Part shown: piece after piece, positions 1 through 14,400 of the stretch | Layout: each line of letters begins with the position of its first letter | Position numbering within the stretch: the first letter of the stretch is position 1 | NCBI GenBank assembly: GCA_041165265.1 | Contig: JBEANU010000082.1 | Location: forward strand, 1-41,310 | Length of the DNA: 41,310 nucleotides | Reading direction: 5' to 3' | Source: Bacteroidota bacterium | GTDB lineage: Bacteria; Bacteroidota; Bacteroidia; Chitinophagales; CAIODY01 | Notes under the pieces: generated by a model | What the model was told of the DNA's origin: nothing | The model's input: the letters and a program-made list of their open reading frames with translations, nothing else | The model's database searches: none | Program-made: the position numbers and the translations under genes

Positions 1-110
1 CCATGCTTAATCCCTAATTGGCGATAGCTGTTTTCGCCCAATAAATACTCGGCAATTATTGCCTCTTGTTTCCCGATTGCTATCGGGATTGTTTTTGTTG
101 TTTTTGTCAT
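1..110 (-). CDS. Partial ORF (N-terminal 36 codons, continues past the window edge); HTH-like, possibly the N-terminus of a transposase or other DNA-binding protein
   Basis: The reverse complement from ATG at 110-108 reads MTKTTKTIPIAIGKQEAIIAEYLLGENSYRQLGIKHG with no stop before position 1. The pattern xxEYLxGxxSYRQLGxxHG resembles HTH N-termini of IS transposases. This is recollection only and the ORF is not in the ORF track because it is truncated. Confidence 0.3.
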   Translation of the reverse strand, partial: MTKTTKTIPIAIGKQEAIIAEYLLGENSYRQLGIKH

Positions 111-246
111 TTTGTTTACACGTTATTTGTGTAAACCTATTTTAGGACGAGACAAACATTTGACTTGATGTAATACAGTTCAGTTTGAGTTAAGCCAACC
201 ATTAATAGATAAATTGAAATAATTATTCTTTTGTTTTAAAGATTAT

Positions 247-2397
247 CTACCGCACCACCATCACTTTCTGATTATACATACCTATTGAAGTTTTAACAGT
301 TACCAAATATGTACCTGATGAATAATTGCTTAAATCAATTTTAAATTGATTTGAGTTTTGATGTAATTGTATTTGTTTCTCAATTAAAATTTGACCTATG
401 TAGTTGCTAATTTGTAATTGAGCATTGCTATTATTTACGTCATTTACGTCAATTGTAAATTGACCTGTTTGTGTTGGATTAGGGTAAATTTTCAACTGAT
501 TATATTTTAGATATGAATTTTCTATACCTACAGTTTTACAATTTTTAGAACTATCTAAACTAAATGCACCATCACCAATATTATTAAATGCTGCTACTTT
601 GTAGTAGTAATTTGTATTTATTGCAAGTGTATTATCCGTATATTGAGTTGAGTTTTTAGGTAGTGTTTTTATTAAAGTATAAGCACCATTTAATGTAGTT
701 GCTCGGTAAATATGATACCCAAATTCAATATTACTTTTGTCTTGCCAATTTAATTCTACTGAATCATTATTCTGACAAGTAGCCATCAATAATTCTGCTG
801 CAACAGGTTCTATTAAAGCATTATTGCTGCCACATGGGTAACCATATTGTGTTACAAATAAATCATTATTGCCATTAAACGATGGCGCAGTATCGTTTTG
901 AGTGATGATACTGTTAGATGTAAATTCACCACTTGCTGAAATGTTACCGTTTTCATGAACAGATGGATAAACCAAAGAAACAGTATGACCATTTATTTTT
1001 GGTTGTGAAGTATTTAATACATCTAATTTTGAAACAATTGTTGTATCATAAGGCTTGAATTTCATTATTGTACTTTCTTGATAATTTAGATTAGAGTTAT
1101 ATTTTTGAAAATGAACATATCCGTCCGCTTGATTAAAAATACCATAAATATTTTTATTTACATCTGAAGTAATAGCTGCGAAACCTGCTCCATTCGTGGC
1201 AGTATCAGGGTTGGTAGCCCATTTAAAATCAAAATCTTTATCAAAATGTACTAAGGAAGATGTAATACTATAAATACCCATAGAAGTTTTAGTATTAAAA
1301 ACATATTTATTATTTAGCCTACTTCCTGTAATTCCAGTTGCTGTAACATTGAATGAATCTGAATTATTCGGAAAATCAACATAATAAAAAAAAGCAGAAT
1401 CCCCTAATTGTAAATGTTTAATGAAATGTGTTTTGTTAAATTCAAAAATAATGGCTTTTGCAAAGCCTATATTTTGAGGTATTATCAACATCGTATCCAA
1501 AATCTTCAAAGTATCTTGTTGAATGTTTAAAGCGGCTAAAAAATTCCCTTGTTGGTTCATTCCAAAGCCTTTAATTTGAATTCCACTGCCGCTTTGAGCT
1601 TTTATTATTCTGTTTCTCTCAATGAGTGTTCCCGAATTAATATTAAATTTTAGTACACTTATAAAACCATAGCTAAAATTAAAAGTATCTACAGTTCCTA
1701 AAGAGTATAAAGTATCTTTTTTGACAAACATAAAACTAGGCTCATACACTTGATATTGTACCATAGCGGCAACTGCAAATTGCAAAGGGCTACTACTGCC
1801 ATATACATCCAAAATAGACCAACGCCAAACTAAGCTACCCGAACTATTTATTTTAAACAATACACTTGCTCCTGATGTGGTAGCAGGAGTTGATGGAATA
1901 TTTATTAAAGAATCATTCCAATAAATATTTGCCCTACCCCAACCATTTAAATCAGTAGCAAAATATACATTGCCACTTGTATCAATCGCAAAATCTTTTA
2001 TCATACCACCACTTAGTGTATCAAACAATAAATTAATCCAAATTAAATTACCACTACAATCATGTTTGGCAATAAAGCCAACATTATTATTCATGTTAGA
2101 ATGATTCATTGTTAATTGTGTAATTGCTTTCCCCCCATGCAATCCCTGTACATAAGGATTGTAATACATATAGCCGCAGGTATAGGTATTGCCTTTATTA
2201 TCTGTTTTCATACAGTTTGTTTTCTCAACACCACCTGCAACAGGCGTTACCGTACTGCCCATACTTCTTGCCCATTGCCAATTACCTGCGGCAGTGGGGA
2301 TTTGCGCAAATGCAGCCTCACCCCAGCCCTCTCCAAAGGAGAGGGAGAAAATACAAGGTGCTAATGTGATAATTAGCAATACAATTATTTTTTTCAT
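247..2397 (-). CDS. Secreted T9SS cargo protein: signal peptide, beta-propeller-like repeats, fibronectin type III domain, Por/T9SS C-terminal sorting domain
   Basis: 716-aa ORF. The N-terminus MKKIIVLLIITLAPCIFSLSF is signal-like. Repeated GN.Y..G motifs are present (GNTYTCGY, SGNVYFATD, NKNIYGIF). An FN3-like stretch reads VELNWQDKSNIEFGYHIYRATTLNGAYTLIKTLPKNSTQYTDNTLAINTNYYYKVAAFNN. The C-terminus KIYPNPTQTGQFTIDV...GTYLVTVKT...QKVMVVR is typical of the type A T9SS CTD. Confidence 0.85.
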   Translation of the reverse strand: MKKIIVLLIITLAPCIFSLSFGEGWGEAAFAQIPTAAGNWQWARSMGSTVTPVAGGVEKTNCMKTDNKGNTYTCGYMYYNPYVQGLHGGKAITQLTMNHSNMNNNVGFIAKHDCSGNLIWINLLFDTLSGGMIKDFAIDTSGNVYFATDLNGWGRANIYWNDSLINIPSTPATTSGASVLFKINSSGSLVWRWSILDVYGSSSPLQFAVAAMVQYQVYEPSFMFVKKDTLYSLGTVDTFNFSYGFISVLKFNINSGTLIERNRIIKAQSGSGIQIKGFGMNQQGNFLAALNIQQDTLKILDTMLIIPQNIGFAKAIIFEFNKTHFIKHLQLGDSAFFYYVDFPNNSDSFNVTATGITGSRLNNKYVFNTKTSMGIYSITSSLVHFDKDFDFKWATNPDTATNGAGFAAITSDVNKNIYGIFNQADGYVHFQKYNSNLNYQESTIMKFKPYDTTIVSKLDVLNTSQPKINGHTVSLVYPSVHENGNISASGEFTSNSIITQNDTAPSFNGNNDLFVTQYGYPCGSNNALIEPVAAELLMATCQNNDSVELNWQDKSNIEFGYHIYRATTLNGAYTLIKTLPKNSTQYTDNTLAINTNYYYKVAAFNNIGDGAFSLDSSKNCKTVGIENSYLKYNQLKIYPNPTQTGQFTIDVNDVNNSNAQLQISNYIGQILIEKQIQLHQNSNQFKIDLSNYSSGTYLVTVKTSIGMYNQKVMVVR

Positions 2398-2451
2398 GAT
2401 ACTTATTTTAAGAATACATTTTACTTAGAACTAAATACTATCAACTTTATT

Positions 2452-2471
2452 AGCCATGCAATTGCATGGCT
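2452..2471 (-). terminator. Perfect 20-nt palindrome/hairpin immediately after the giant gene's stop codon
   Basis: AGCCATGCAATTGCATGGCT is its own reverse complement and abuts the TAG stop (2472-2474, minus strand). No clean U-tract follows, so terminator function is inferred only. Confidence 0.4.
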
Positions 2472-5400
2472 CTACTGAATCACTTCCATTGCTGCATAAC
2501 AAATTACTTTGTTACCATTCATTAGTGCCACAATATAATGCCCAACAGCTAAACTATTTTGTTCATTCCACATAAATAAACCTGCTGCATTATCTACTGA
2601 TTTACTCCATACCAATTTGCCACTTGATGTTTCCATGATAGTCATTTTGAAATCATTTTTTCTATTGGCAAATTGTTCAACATCTTTTACAAATTTATAA
2701 TAAATCTGTGGTCTTCCATTATTTGGATTCGGAACAATTTTTACCACACAATTATTGTCAGTATGTTTTACTTCGGTAATAGCAGGAATGGTGCTTTGAT
2801 GCTGTGAATGTGGATGACCAATTCTCGGACAACCCGGTATCAGTTGTACGCAATTATGAATATCATCATATTCCAAACAATAACGCCTTGTGGCTGTATC
2901 TTTCAGCATCACAAAGAAACAAGCTTGTCCGTTTCCGTTAGATGTTAAATCTGTATAATCAAAAGTTAGGGTATGCGTACCTGTACTAATATAAGTAGGT
3001 GTAACATTCGTAACTGAACCAGTTGATGTTCCTGAAAATCCAACATTGCCCAATGAAACTTGATATGGAATTGTATAAGGATTTGTAATATCACAAGTGA
3101 TAGTATATTGAGGATTACCAAAATTATCGTACCCGTTGCAGTTTACTTTCCAATTATTGGTATTTAGTCCACAGGTATCAATTGGCATACATCTGAATAG
3201 TTCAATTGGTATCACTAATGATTGTTGACATATTTGTGATGATTGTATATCATACGCTGAAATAAATAAAGTAAATATACCATCATACGATGGTAAATCG
3301 TCAATGCCTAATCGTACAATAAAAGGTGGAGTGTTAGCAGGAATACTATTGCCTACTAAACTGTTGTAAGTAATATTGCCTTGCGGACAAGTGATAAACA
3401 CATTACTTGCTCCTTGTGGTAAATTTTGAATATCTAATTGAATAGAAATATGCGGATTGCCAGTAGTCATATTTAATGAATCACATTCAGCTCTACTCAC
3501 CTGAATGTCCCAATTACAAGGTTGTGGCACATTACAAGAAGCATAATTATAAGCAGGCAGATTAGCAATATCACACAACATATCAAAGCCTCCTGTTTGT
3601 GTATTAAAATAATATTTTAACCAAGCAGGGCTAAATGTACCTCCATTGCTTCCTTCATAAATACCTGTTACTACATTCCAACCCGGTAATAAATTGGTTT
3701 GATACAGTTGACGAATTGTACCGCCGTTGTTATCTGTAATCATTAATGAATCAACATTTTTGGTGCAATTATTTTTCAAACGCATCTTAAAGAAGTATTT
3801 CACATTTCCATTTATCATACCTACACAATACATGGTATCAATAACACCTGTATCGCTGGCACAACAGTGCTTACAATCTAAAATGGTAATATCTAATGGT
3901 GCTGAGGTAACACAACAAGTACCCTGACAATGCTCATAAGTGTATAATCCGCTTTGTGAAGTGATGAGTGAATTTTTAACACCCAACAACCATGCTGTTG
4001 GTACATAGTTATTGCCTAATTTCCACGGATTACTGCTGCTATTCATTGGTGACACATATGGATTGCATAAAATGGCAGTATCGCATTTTGTTATACAACC
4101 CGATAATATTTCGGATACATCGGGTGGTGATTGAAGTATATAACTTGCTGCATAGCTTTTACAACCTTTACTATCGGTAACAGAACATTCATAATAACCT
4201 GCATTTTTTACTGTAATTTGATTGACTGCATTTCCTGTCCATGAATAAATATAAGGCGAATTTCCGTTAGTGGGATTAGCTGTCAGCGTTACAGAATCAT
4301 TCCCTGTCAAACAATAGTTGGTTTTATTGACGGTAATAGTAACTGATGGATTAGCATATACAAACAATTTTACACTATCTGTAATCGGACAATTTTTACC
4401 ACCTGTAGTATCGGTTATCGTTCCGTAAATAGTATACGTTTGATTGGTTGTAGGGTTAATTCTATGTGTTAAAATTTGCCAAGTAGCAAGGCTGCTATTG
4501 GTTACCATGCCACTAATACCTGTGGTTGGGCTGATACTCCAATGATATAAATAATTAGCACCTGCATCCATATCGAATTTCACTTCATCGGCTGCACACA
4601 TGGTATCCTTAGTAGACGTAATATGAATAGATGGCACAGCATGAAAAGATGGGAATACACCATTTTGTGATTGGGCTGTACATAAATTAGTATTGCTAAC
4701 AGTTACATAATAACATCCTGTGGTTGATACGGGTATATAAAATGGATTAGCACTAATACTTGAAAATGTTCCAACGGTTTGCATACCAAAGCCTTGTGTA
4801 AATTGGTTGAGAGTGTCGTTAAATGGTGAATAAAAATTAGGCTGAATTACAACAGCAGGGTCTTTGACTTCTACTTTAATACTATCATTTATTCCAAAAC
4901 AATTAGAACTCATCATAGATAATTTAACATTAGAAGTTTGTAAAAAAGGTTGTAATGTATTTTCATTTACATGATATACACCATTGATGGTACTTTGGCA
5001 CAAATGGTCATCTACTACATTTAAAGTAATATCTACTTTACCCAGTTGACCAAAATAATTTCTGTAATGAAATGCTTCCCATGGATTTTGTAAATTAGAT
5101 TGTATAGTATTTAGAGTTGGGAAAGAAATATACTTATCCTTCCATGTCCAATTCCATCCAATAATATGACTGCTTGGCGTAGAAAGGTCATTAAATAAAA
5201 CAGGTGTTAATTCACAAACATTGGTGCTTGGGTTAATGCTGTAACTAGCACTAGGTAAAGATGGCGTTGCTTTAAAAATATTAGCAGGACAAGAGCTGCC
5301 GCCATTTCCATAATTATATTGAATCATATAAAAAGTACCCGGTGTAACAGCATAACTGCAATCGTTACCGCTTGAATCTAACACAACACATGTTGGAGAA

Positions 5401-8400
5401 ATTTTCCAATTGAAAGCGGAATCATTTACTAGGATAGATTCACTTAAATCGTGTGCAGTAGCCGTTAATTGTGGCGTACACAAATACGACATACTATTTT
5501 TTACGATTCGTGGAACGATAACATTTACTACTTTTATATTGTAACAAGTACCTGTACCTAAAGGATAATATACTTTAAAACTTGCTTGATATGTACCTGC
5601 ATGTTGATATTGATAATTAAAGTTACTTGATAAAGGAACGCTTGATGTACTTGCCGTTCCATCACCTGCATTAAATTCATAATAGGTATAAGGCGAACCA
5701 GCTAAATACGCCATTGAAAATTGAAAAACTGCCAAACCATTGCAAGGATTAACGCTTTGAACGCCTTCTGTAATTAAATAATGTAACGGACAACCACTTG
5801 GTGCAGGTGGAGCAGGTGGTGTAGTACATTGTACACTATAACTTGCTTGCGTTGAACAACCATTAGTTCCCACAACTTGAACCAAATAAAGCCCTTGTGC
5901 AGTAGCTTGAATAGAATCAATAATTGCACCCATAATAGCATTAGTAGTGCTTGAACCATTGGCTTTAAAATACCATTGGTAAGAACTGGCTATTCCTGAA
6001 TTGATATGTGCTTGCAACCAATAGTTAGGACAAGTATTTGTACCTGATAAATTAACCACAGCTTGTATGCCTTGCAATACTTGTATGGCAAACGTATCGG
6101 TTTGAATTTGTTGAGTACTATAAGCATTTTGAGCCGTTACTTGTACTGTAAAATTACCTGCAACGGTATAAGTATGATTCGGAGAAACAGGTGTGGTGGT
6201 AGTTTGAATTGTACCATCACCAAAATCCCAAATATAATTACCTGTTAACGGACATGAACCTGTTCCTACATTAGCTACTGTATAAGCAACAGAAGTGCCT
6301 GTACATAAAGCTCTTTGCCCTGCTACAACTATCGTATTTGAATTCCTAATATCTACGGCATAATATACAGTAGCTACCAATGCACCACAATATTTTAATT
6401 CTAATTTAATATTCGGGTTACTCGGTAAACTATAATAAGCACCTCCTAATGGTGCATTCCATTGTATCACAATGGAATCTGTTCCTTGTCCACCTACTAT
6501 TGTACCATCACTGTTATTCATTAAACTCCAATTGTAATTATCAAAACCTTTTGGTGCAATTAAGTAACTGCTCATGTTGATACAAGCTGCGGTATCAACT
6601 GCTATATAAGGCGTTGGGGGCTGACAAGTTGGTATCGTAAACGAATAAGCTACACTACTACAAAATGGTGCATTATTCATTTTTTGTTTTACACTTACTT
6701 GGTAAACAGTTGAATAATTAGTTCCTGATGCAGTTGTAATGAGTTGATTAGAAGCAGCATTAGTAGGACTTACAGTGCCTGCGCCTATTGTACCTATTTG
6801 CCATTGTAATTGATTACCACTTCCACTATTACCTTGTAAACTGAAAGTAGTATTCCTACAGATACAAGCGTTGGCAGTAATGCCATTTGCTGTTAATGCA
6901 GGTGGCGCAGGATGAACAGTAACTGTGTAGGTAGAAAATCCTTTAGTACATAAAACACTTCCTGATGTTGGAATAGCAGCTACTGTAAATTGAGTAGTAG
7001 CACTAATCGAATTAGAAATAGCATTCCAATTAACTGTATAAGAAGTAGCATTGTGCAAAGAATCTACAATTCTATTTACAGGGTCATACACATACCAATT
7101 AAATGGAATGGTAGGGAAATTAGTCGTCAAAAATGATGTATCATTATTACAAATTGGCGAACAAGTTTTTCCTGTGGCACAAATTATTTTATATGGATGC
7201 GTAGTATCTACTACTACTGTTTTGGTGGAGTCTGATTTTCCATTGCAACCTAAAATACAACTGGTATACAATAAATCAATTGTGTATGTACCTGATGCAG
7301 GAACACTTAAATTGATGGAATTAGATGTTTGATTGGTTTGTGGTACGCCGTTAATCATCCATGAATAAGAAACCCCTGAAATAGAAGGTACGCTATAAGT
7401 GGCAGTAGAGTTAGGGCAAATGGTATCTACGCCTGTGATGTTTAAAGTATGTGGTATAAATGGAATACTAATATAAGAAGTTCCATTGCATAAAAAGCCC
7501 GGACAATTCACGACACTTAAACCAATCGTTCCACTGGTCATAGCGGTATTATTCCATGCCACTTGAATAACAGGAGAATGCGTATAAGCAATAGGCGAAA
7601 TAATTGTACCACCGATAACTGACCAATTGTAAAGACCACAACTTAATACATTAGTGTAATAGGTGGCTGTATCAGGCATACAAGAAGTAGTACTACAAAA
7701 AATAGATGCACCTGATGTTGAATCTACTATCACAGTTAAAAAAGAAGTATCGGCACAAGAGCAATTATTTTTAACTACCAACTTTACATGATAAATTCCT
7801 GCGGTATCATACTGAATAGTTTTAATAGAATGTGGCGAAGTAAATCTTGTTGGCGAAGAGTATGTTTTACCATCATACCATGTAAAGAAATTAGTAACCA
7901 TTGGGTCAGTAGTTGACATATCCTGCAATACAATAGATTGATGTAAGCATGTACGAATCGTATCATGAATAGCAGTTGGTAAACTTTTAATTTTTGTTCT
8001 TGGGCTTTTTAAAATTCTGATACAGTGTGAAACTGTTTGCGTACATCCTGCAATGATATTAGAATCTATTAATGTAACACTTGTAAAACCAAGATGATTT
8101 AATTGTAAAGTAATAGAATCTGTGTTTTGTCCTGAAAGAATAGTATTACCTACTGATGACCATTTGCGAATACAATTTGGCGAAGGTGTAGCAGCAATTT
8201 TTATAGTGGCTGAATCGCAAAATTCCCAGCAATCTTCATTCAATGAAAACTCATGAATCGTGCAGCCATAGGTTCCTGTTTTTAGTTTTAAAATAGGATG
8301 AGGAATAGGTTGTACATTGATTAAAATAAATTGCGAATCAATAATTGTGGTTGAATCAGTAGCGATTGCATACACTTTTAGGATTTGAATACTATCCTTT

Positions 8401-11400
8401 GTCCAATGCACTCCTACTTGTAAAGCAGGAGTTAAGTTACTTGGTGTATTAAAACTTCCTCCTGTAACTGTCCATTTATAGAATTTTGCTCCATTCACTT
8501 TTGAAATGGAATAAGCAATTACTTCATCTTTGCACAAAGTATCTTTTCCGCAAATTGGTGAAAATGGAATTTTTAAAACTTGGGTAGATTTACATCCAAC
8601 TTTGTTGCTTAATTTAAAGGTATCAATTCCTGCATATAAATTTTTTAGGTTAATCGAATTATAATTCAAGGTAGGGAAATTAAATAGCCTTACTTTTTCT
8701 GAAGTAACACTTAAATGAAAAGGACTGCTATTGTTAGAAGTCAGGAATTTTACTTGCGCTTTTTTGTGTTGGCAATCTAGTGCAGTATCTAATGTTACAG
8801 TAAAATTCAATGGAGGGTATAGTGTATCAATAATAGGTTTTGAAGTATCTGAAACACAAACCCCATTAGTAAATAATTTATTTTGAGCGAACAAAGTAAA
8901 GTTACCTGTTCCTTTTAAAATGTAGTGATTTCCTTTTTTTAGTAGAGATGTAGGTGAAGGCACAGACCACAATTGATAAGCATTACAGGTATCTTTTAAA
9001 CTGATAATCAAACTATCAGCACAACTTTTCGCAATAGGTACAACACTCGGTATTTTTATTCTTAATTCCAATAATTTACTAACAGGTAAAGTTTGAGCTT
9101 GGCAATTACTACAAGCACTTGTACCGCCACAAGTAACACTTACTTTGGTTATTAGCACAGCTTTAAATGTATCTATACATTTTGCTGAACTATCTACGCT
9201 GAAATGTAAAGAAATGGGCGAAAGTGATTTTATTTTTTTGCCTGATAAAGAAGTTAAATCTATGATTAAATCAGACGAAGAAAATCCTGTTAAAGCACTT
9301 GAACAAATTGCTGTTGCATTGGTATCTTTTAACAACAAGGAACGATACATGGCATTTTGCAATTGATACCCTTTGGGTAGATGCACCAACAAATAATTTG
9401 TAGCACCCATGATGGAATCACCCATACATGTATTAGGTGTCATTAAACTACTCAAGATAATATTAAGGGAATCAGGAGAAGAGCAATTACTTATAAAAGT
9501 ACTATCAGGTTTAATAATAGGTTGAAGTTTGTTGATGAAATTACTTTTGTTTTGTAGTAAAGGATAACTGATAACTTTTTTTGATTTTGGAAAATTAGTA
9601 TTTCCGCAAACCCCTGCACCACCAAAATCTGTTACAATAGGCAAATACGTGATAAAGCATGAATCCCTTAATGCTACAATAACTAGGCATGTATCAGGCA
9701 AAGCACAGTTGCTTTGCAAAGCACCAGGCAAACTAGCAGTATCATTGCAACAGGTAGAAGCAAATCTGAAATGATACAGAACAGAATCTTGTAATAAAAA
9801 GTAAGAAGTATCAGTATTGTAAATAACTACAGCATTTTTTCCTACAAATGTTTTTCCATTAAAGTTAATTGAATTATCTAATTGATAACCACTTGGCAAA
9901 TTCATGTTCATATTTAATTGATGTATGCAATCATCTCCTAAATTCTCTAATTTAAACTGCATTTTGAACGGTGAGCAAAGTGAAATTTGATTATTATTTC
10001 CATCAACTTCGTCTGCTGTAAATTGTGGATTATGTATTGTGATACCCAAATTACTTGTCATACGTTCACATGAGTTGTTGAATAAAGAAGTAACATCTGT
10101 CACCGATTTAAACATTGCTGTATCACACATTACGCCAGCTCTTAATATCACTGAATCTTTATTGGTAAGCTTTGTTACACAATTGTAATGAGCTGATATA
10201 TATAATATATTAGTGTAATTATTATTGCTGTTATAATTCTGATTATTCCAACGCATAGCTGGAGAGGTTGTTGGTAAATAAAATAACCATGTATGATTAC
10301 CAATATGTTTCGGGTATTTTACGCCATTGATTTTCCCATTCGGAAAATGTTGTAATCCAAAACCATTGATGGCAATGCTATCCACTGTTGTACTATCATC
10401 GTTCCAATTAATAGGAAATTGGATACAAACCCAAGGATTATCTCCATTCATAGCCGATTGAGTAATTGCAATGTTATTCCAAATAGCATGACCATCTCTT
10501 AATGTAGCTGCTTGCGAATTAGCTGTTAAACCACCTTTGCTGCTTGTTTTAAGATTATATGTTTCTTCAAAAATCCGTTCATTTTTACAAGTATTTATAT
10601 TGGTTGAAAACGGAAATCCAAAGCCATTATTAAAATTTTGTGCAGCATAAAATGGAATTGTATCTATTGGTAAATTACAAGCAGGTACTGTTTGATTAGC
10701 TATTCCATCATCTAAATCGCAAATATCAAATTCGTCAAATTCTCTTATCTTAATACAATAAGTTGAATCAGAACAATTCGTATATTTAATTTTAAATAGA
10801 TACTTACTAACTTCATTATCATCCATCGCCTGTAAAGAATCTAGGCTTTTTAAATAACAATTAGGCGATTTGGCATTGATAGAATCAAAATTTACTATCC
10901 AACTATTTGAGCTAGTATCTTTATAGACAAAAGGTTTATTAATAGTAATTGTTTGAGGTGATGTAGGATGAATAATGTAGATAGAATCAATATAACTACC
11001 TTGCGGTAATCCTTTTATTTCAAATTTTTTCACATGATTCCAATGCCTATATTCATTAAGGAAACTGGTTGGAGTGCCTATCCCACCATTTTGATTTACA
11101 ACACCTGTTCCTAAACAAAAATAATGCATGTGCTTTTCATCTAAACTTAAATTGCTAATACTTGTACCACAAAAATCAGAATACATACAAGTGTTTCCTG
11201 AACTATAATTTTTGAATTTGTTAGATTGAAATGTAAAACCAATTCGTTTAAAATCAGCTTCACCTTTTACACAATACCACCGAACCGAATCACAACTATT
11301 TTTAACTTTAGTATCTACTATTATTGGATACGGACTATTATTCATCGGGCATAAACTATCCAACAATGCAGGCGATGTAATAAATACAGAAGGTTTAGAT

Positions 11401-14400
11401 TTATGATAAGCAATTTGGTCTGTTGCATCTTGCATATCAAAAAAACGATTAAAATTTTGAGGTGTTTCAGGGCTAAGTGTACAGTAAGCTCTTGTAACTA
11501 ATGCTTCCTCATTAAGTGGGTCAGCATGTCCATCATTTTTTGCTAAAATAAAACTGGCATCTAAATATATTTCCATTCCGTTATGAAAATGTTTAAATGG
11601 CAAATCATCTGTTGTACCGTACTGTGTTTTATATGCTGCATTTAATCTATCCATTGAAAAATCATATACGTATTCTTTTTTTGCAGTATCTCTGTAATCA
11701 CGAGTGATATCATAATAAATAAAGATGGGAGCAATGGTATCTGTTTTACCACCAACAGAATAATATTGCGTATGCGTATAATTTTTTTGATGAAAAGAAT
11801 TGAATCCCAGCCTATTTGTAAAATGATTTACCGTATCACTTTCTTTTATCCAAACAATCAATGCAGGTATATTAGTAACTATTGAATTTCCACCATTATT
11901 AGCGTTAAATGGCTTTGATGCAGAAGATGTTTTGACTCTTAAATAAGCATATTTAAAACCTGTTTCATGAGTGGTACTATAAGTTGAATCTATTAGATTT
12001 AACGTTTGTGCTGTAGGATAATAATTACTGGAAACAAAATCATCCATGTGAATAATAGATTTATGCCTTACTCTATATAAATCATGATACATAATAGAAC
12101 TGTTATCAACAGTAACATTAGGGCTTGATAGAATGGGATAAAAGCCCACTTGATTAAAGATAATTTTTTTTGTAGGATAATCAGCCACACTATTATTATC
12201 ATTGTCTTCATATCCAAAATTCAATCTGCTTCCTTTAGCATTGATAGTATATAAGCCTGCTATTTTACATCCTGGACATTGAACAATTATAGCTCCACCA
12301 CCATGATTTATGCAATAGCTATTTTTGGGCATTAAAAATTTTGATGCATCTTTTCCAATGGTATCAAACCCACATGAATAACATGGTATGTGTAAGATAG
12401 AAATGTCAACAGGCGTTTTACTTCCTCCAGTTTTGTTAGAACTATCTAAAGCTATTGAACTTCCACCTGTATAAGGATTGTAGGGGCAACTACACTGTGA
12501 GCAAGTGGGTTGTACATCTACTTCAACATAAAATCTACTTAACCATTTTACATTAAAGCCATTGGTAAAAGGTGTTTTGAATATTGCCAATATGCTATCC
12601 TTTATTCCATTTAATGCCGTTGGTCTGCCTATTGAATCATAGTGGTAATATTTTTTTGAACCACTCAATAAAAAAGTATTTGCGTACCCAATTCCGTCAG
12701 GCATTACTCTGCACATTTTAGGCGTTAGGCTACCCGTATCAATATAAAACCGAACATATTTTTTTAAATGATTTTTATCGTACCATGCTGATGAATCTTG
12801 ATTGCAATTACCAAGATGTTGAGCTGAATAAATATCTCCTTTCCATACATTTAATAACTCACCTATTACCAATTTTACGCCTATTGCTTGATTAAGATTT
12901 TGCGATGGATAATTAGAATTATAAGGTGGAAGTAACGTTCGTGAAGTAAAATTTGCAACTTTAAATTTCAAAACATCAATCGGGGCGTTGCTATAATCAT
13001 CATCTACCAAGCCAATAATTTGTGTTACACCCGGACCTTGTATGGCGTTAGAAGTTGCGGATATATAGTTTGGATTGGTAAAAAAGAATACTGGGTTATT
13101 TGTCCAATTATAACTAGTACCCTGCATCGCCATCGACTGATTACATTGATTATAATAGTTTACCCGAATTAACCACCCATCCAAATCATTAGTACTACAA
13201 TTTTTGGATAGTGAATTACTGACATCCCAAATCATTACAATAGCTTCATTGGTATCAATATATAAAGCTCCATTACTTCCTAACAAACTATCTATCCTGC
13301 AATATTTTCCTGCTATTGTACTCTTATTCCAAAGTGAAGTATCAATGGTGGTATTAGATTGATGCAAACTACAATCAATCAATGAGTCCTTTTTGGAGTA
13401 AGTAAATAAAGAAGGAGTTAAAGCTGTACTAGAACCTACTTTGATTTTATAAAATTGCTTGTTTAATAATTTAGGTTTAGTGATTTCAAAATTGGTAGCA
13501 TTTGCACCATTACTATTTCGACAAGCCAATTCAATATGAATTTTTGTTGCTTTTAAATTTCCTTTATTTCGGATGATAGCATAGTATTTATTTTTATAAT
13601 TTGTGGAATCTACTTGATAATTATAACAATAGTTTTTGTTTAAAACACCTCTTTCAATTTCTAAATCAGGTTGATTATCCTGAAAAAGAATTTTTGATTT
13701 TCCATTAAACTGATAATTATAACTGAAACATGCTGCTACACTATCCTTATCTTCTATTATTTTATACTTGCAGTTAATAGCAGTAGAGTATGCTGTTGAA
13801 TCCATAGCACCACACAAACTTGTATTAACTTTTTTATAATCATTTTTAGATAACAATTCACACTCTTCCCAAAAAGTAAAACTTTCATTTTGTAATAAAT
13901 AATGTTTGCCTTTTGCAATTAATAAAATGGAATCTGAAAATGTTAATGTATCATGTGTAAACAATCCAGTAGAATCAAATTTTATCTTTAATCCTGCTGA
14001 TGTATTAGATATTATTCTTCTGTAATTTCCCGAATTTGTTTTTAAATAAATGGCTGTAATTTTATATTGAATGGCTTCATTTCGATGTTCAATTATTTTT
14101 AAATAAGTATTTGGATAGGATAAATTAAACGTATCTGAATTGGGTTGATTTTTAACGGTAATTAATTTATAAAATTTTTTATCAGGTGCTAAAGGATAAG
14201 AATAAAATCCATTGGTGCAGCTATTACTAAAATTGTTACAAGTGTTACAAATATTATTTTTTACTAAAAAACTATCTGACTGATTCGTACAATAACCTGT
14301 ATTCACAACTATACCCGGGTAAGAAATTTGCACAGATGGTGTTACTACAAACAGCGATGGCGTTGCATTTATAGTATTTTTATATAAATTAAAAGTGAAA

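Noticed and set aside
114-136. Short hairpin GTTTACAC-N7-GTGTAAAC just upstream of the truncated HTH ORF
   Set aside because: It has only an 8-bp stem in AT-rich DNA and lies at the window edge with no context. This is insufficient to call an IS end or an operator.
2116-2428. Three overlapping plus-strand ORFs (79-82 aa)
   Set aside because: They are antisense to the 5' end of the well-supported 716-aa T9SS gene, with low-complexity translations. They are typical shadow ORFs.
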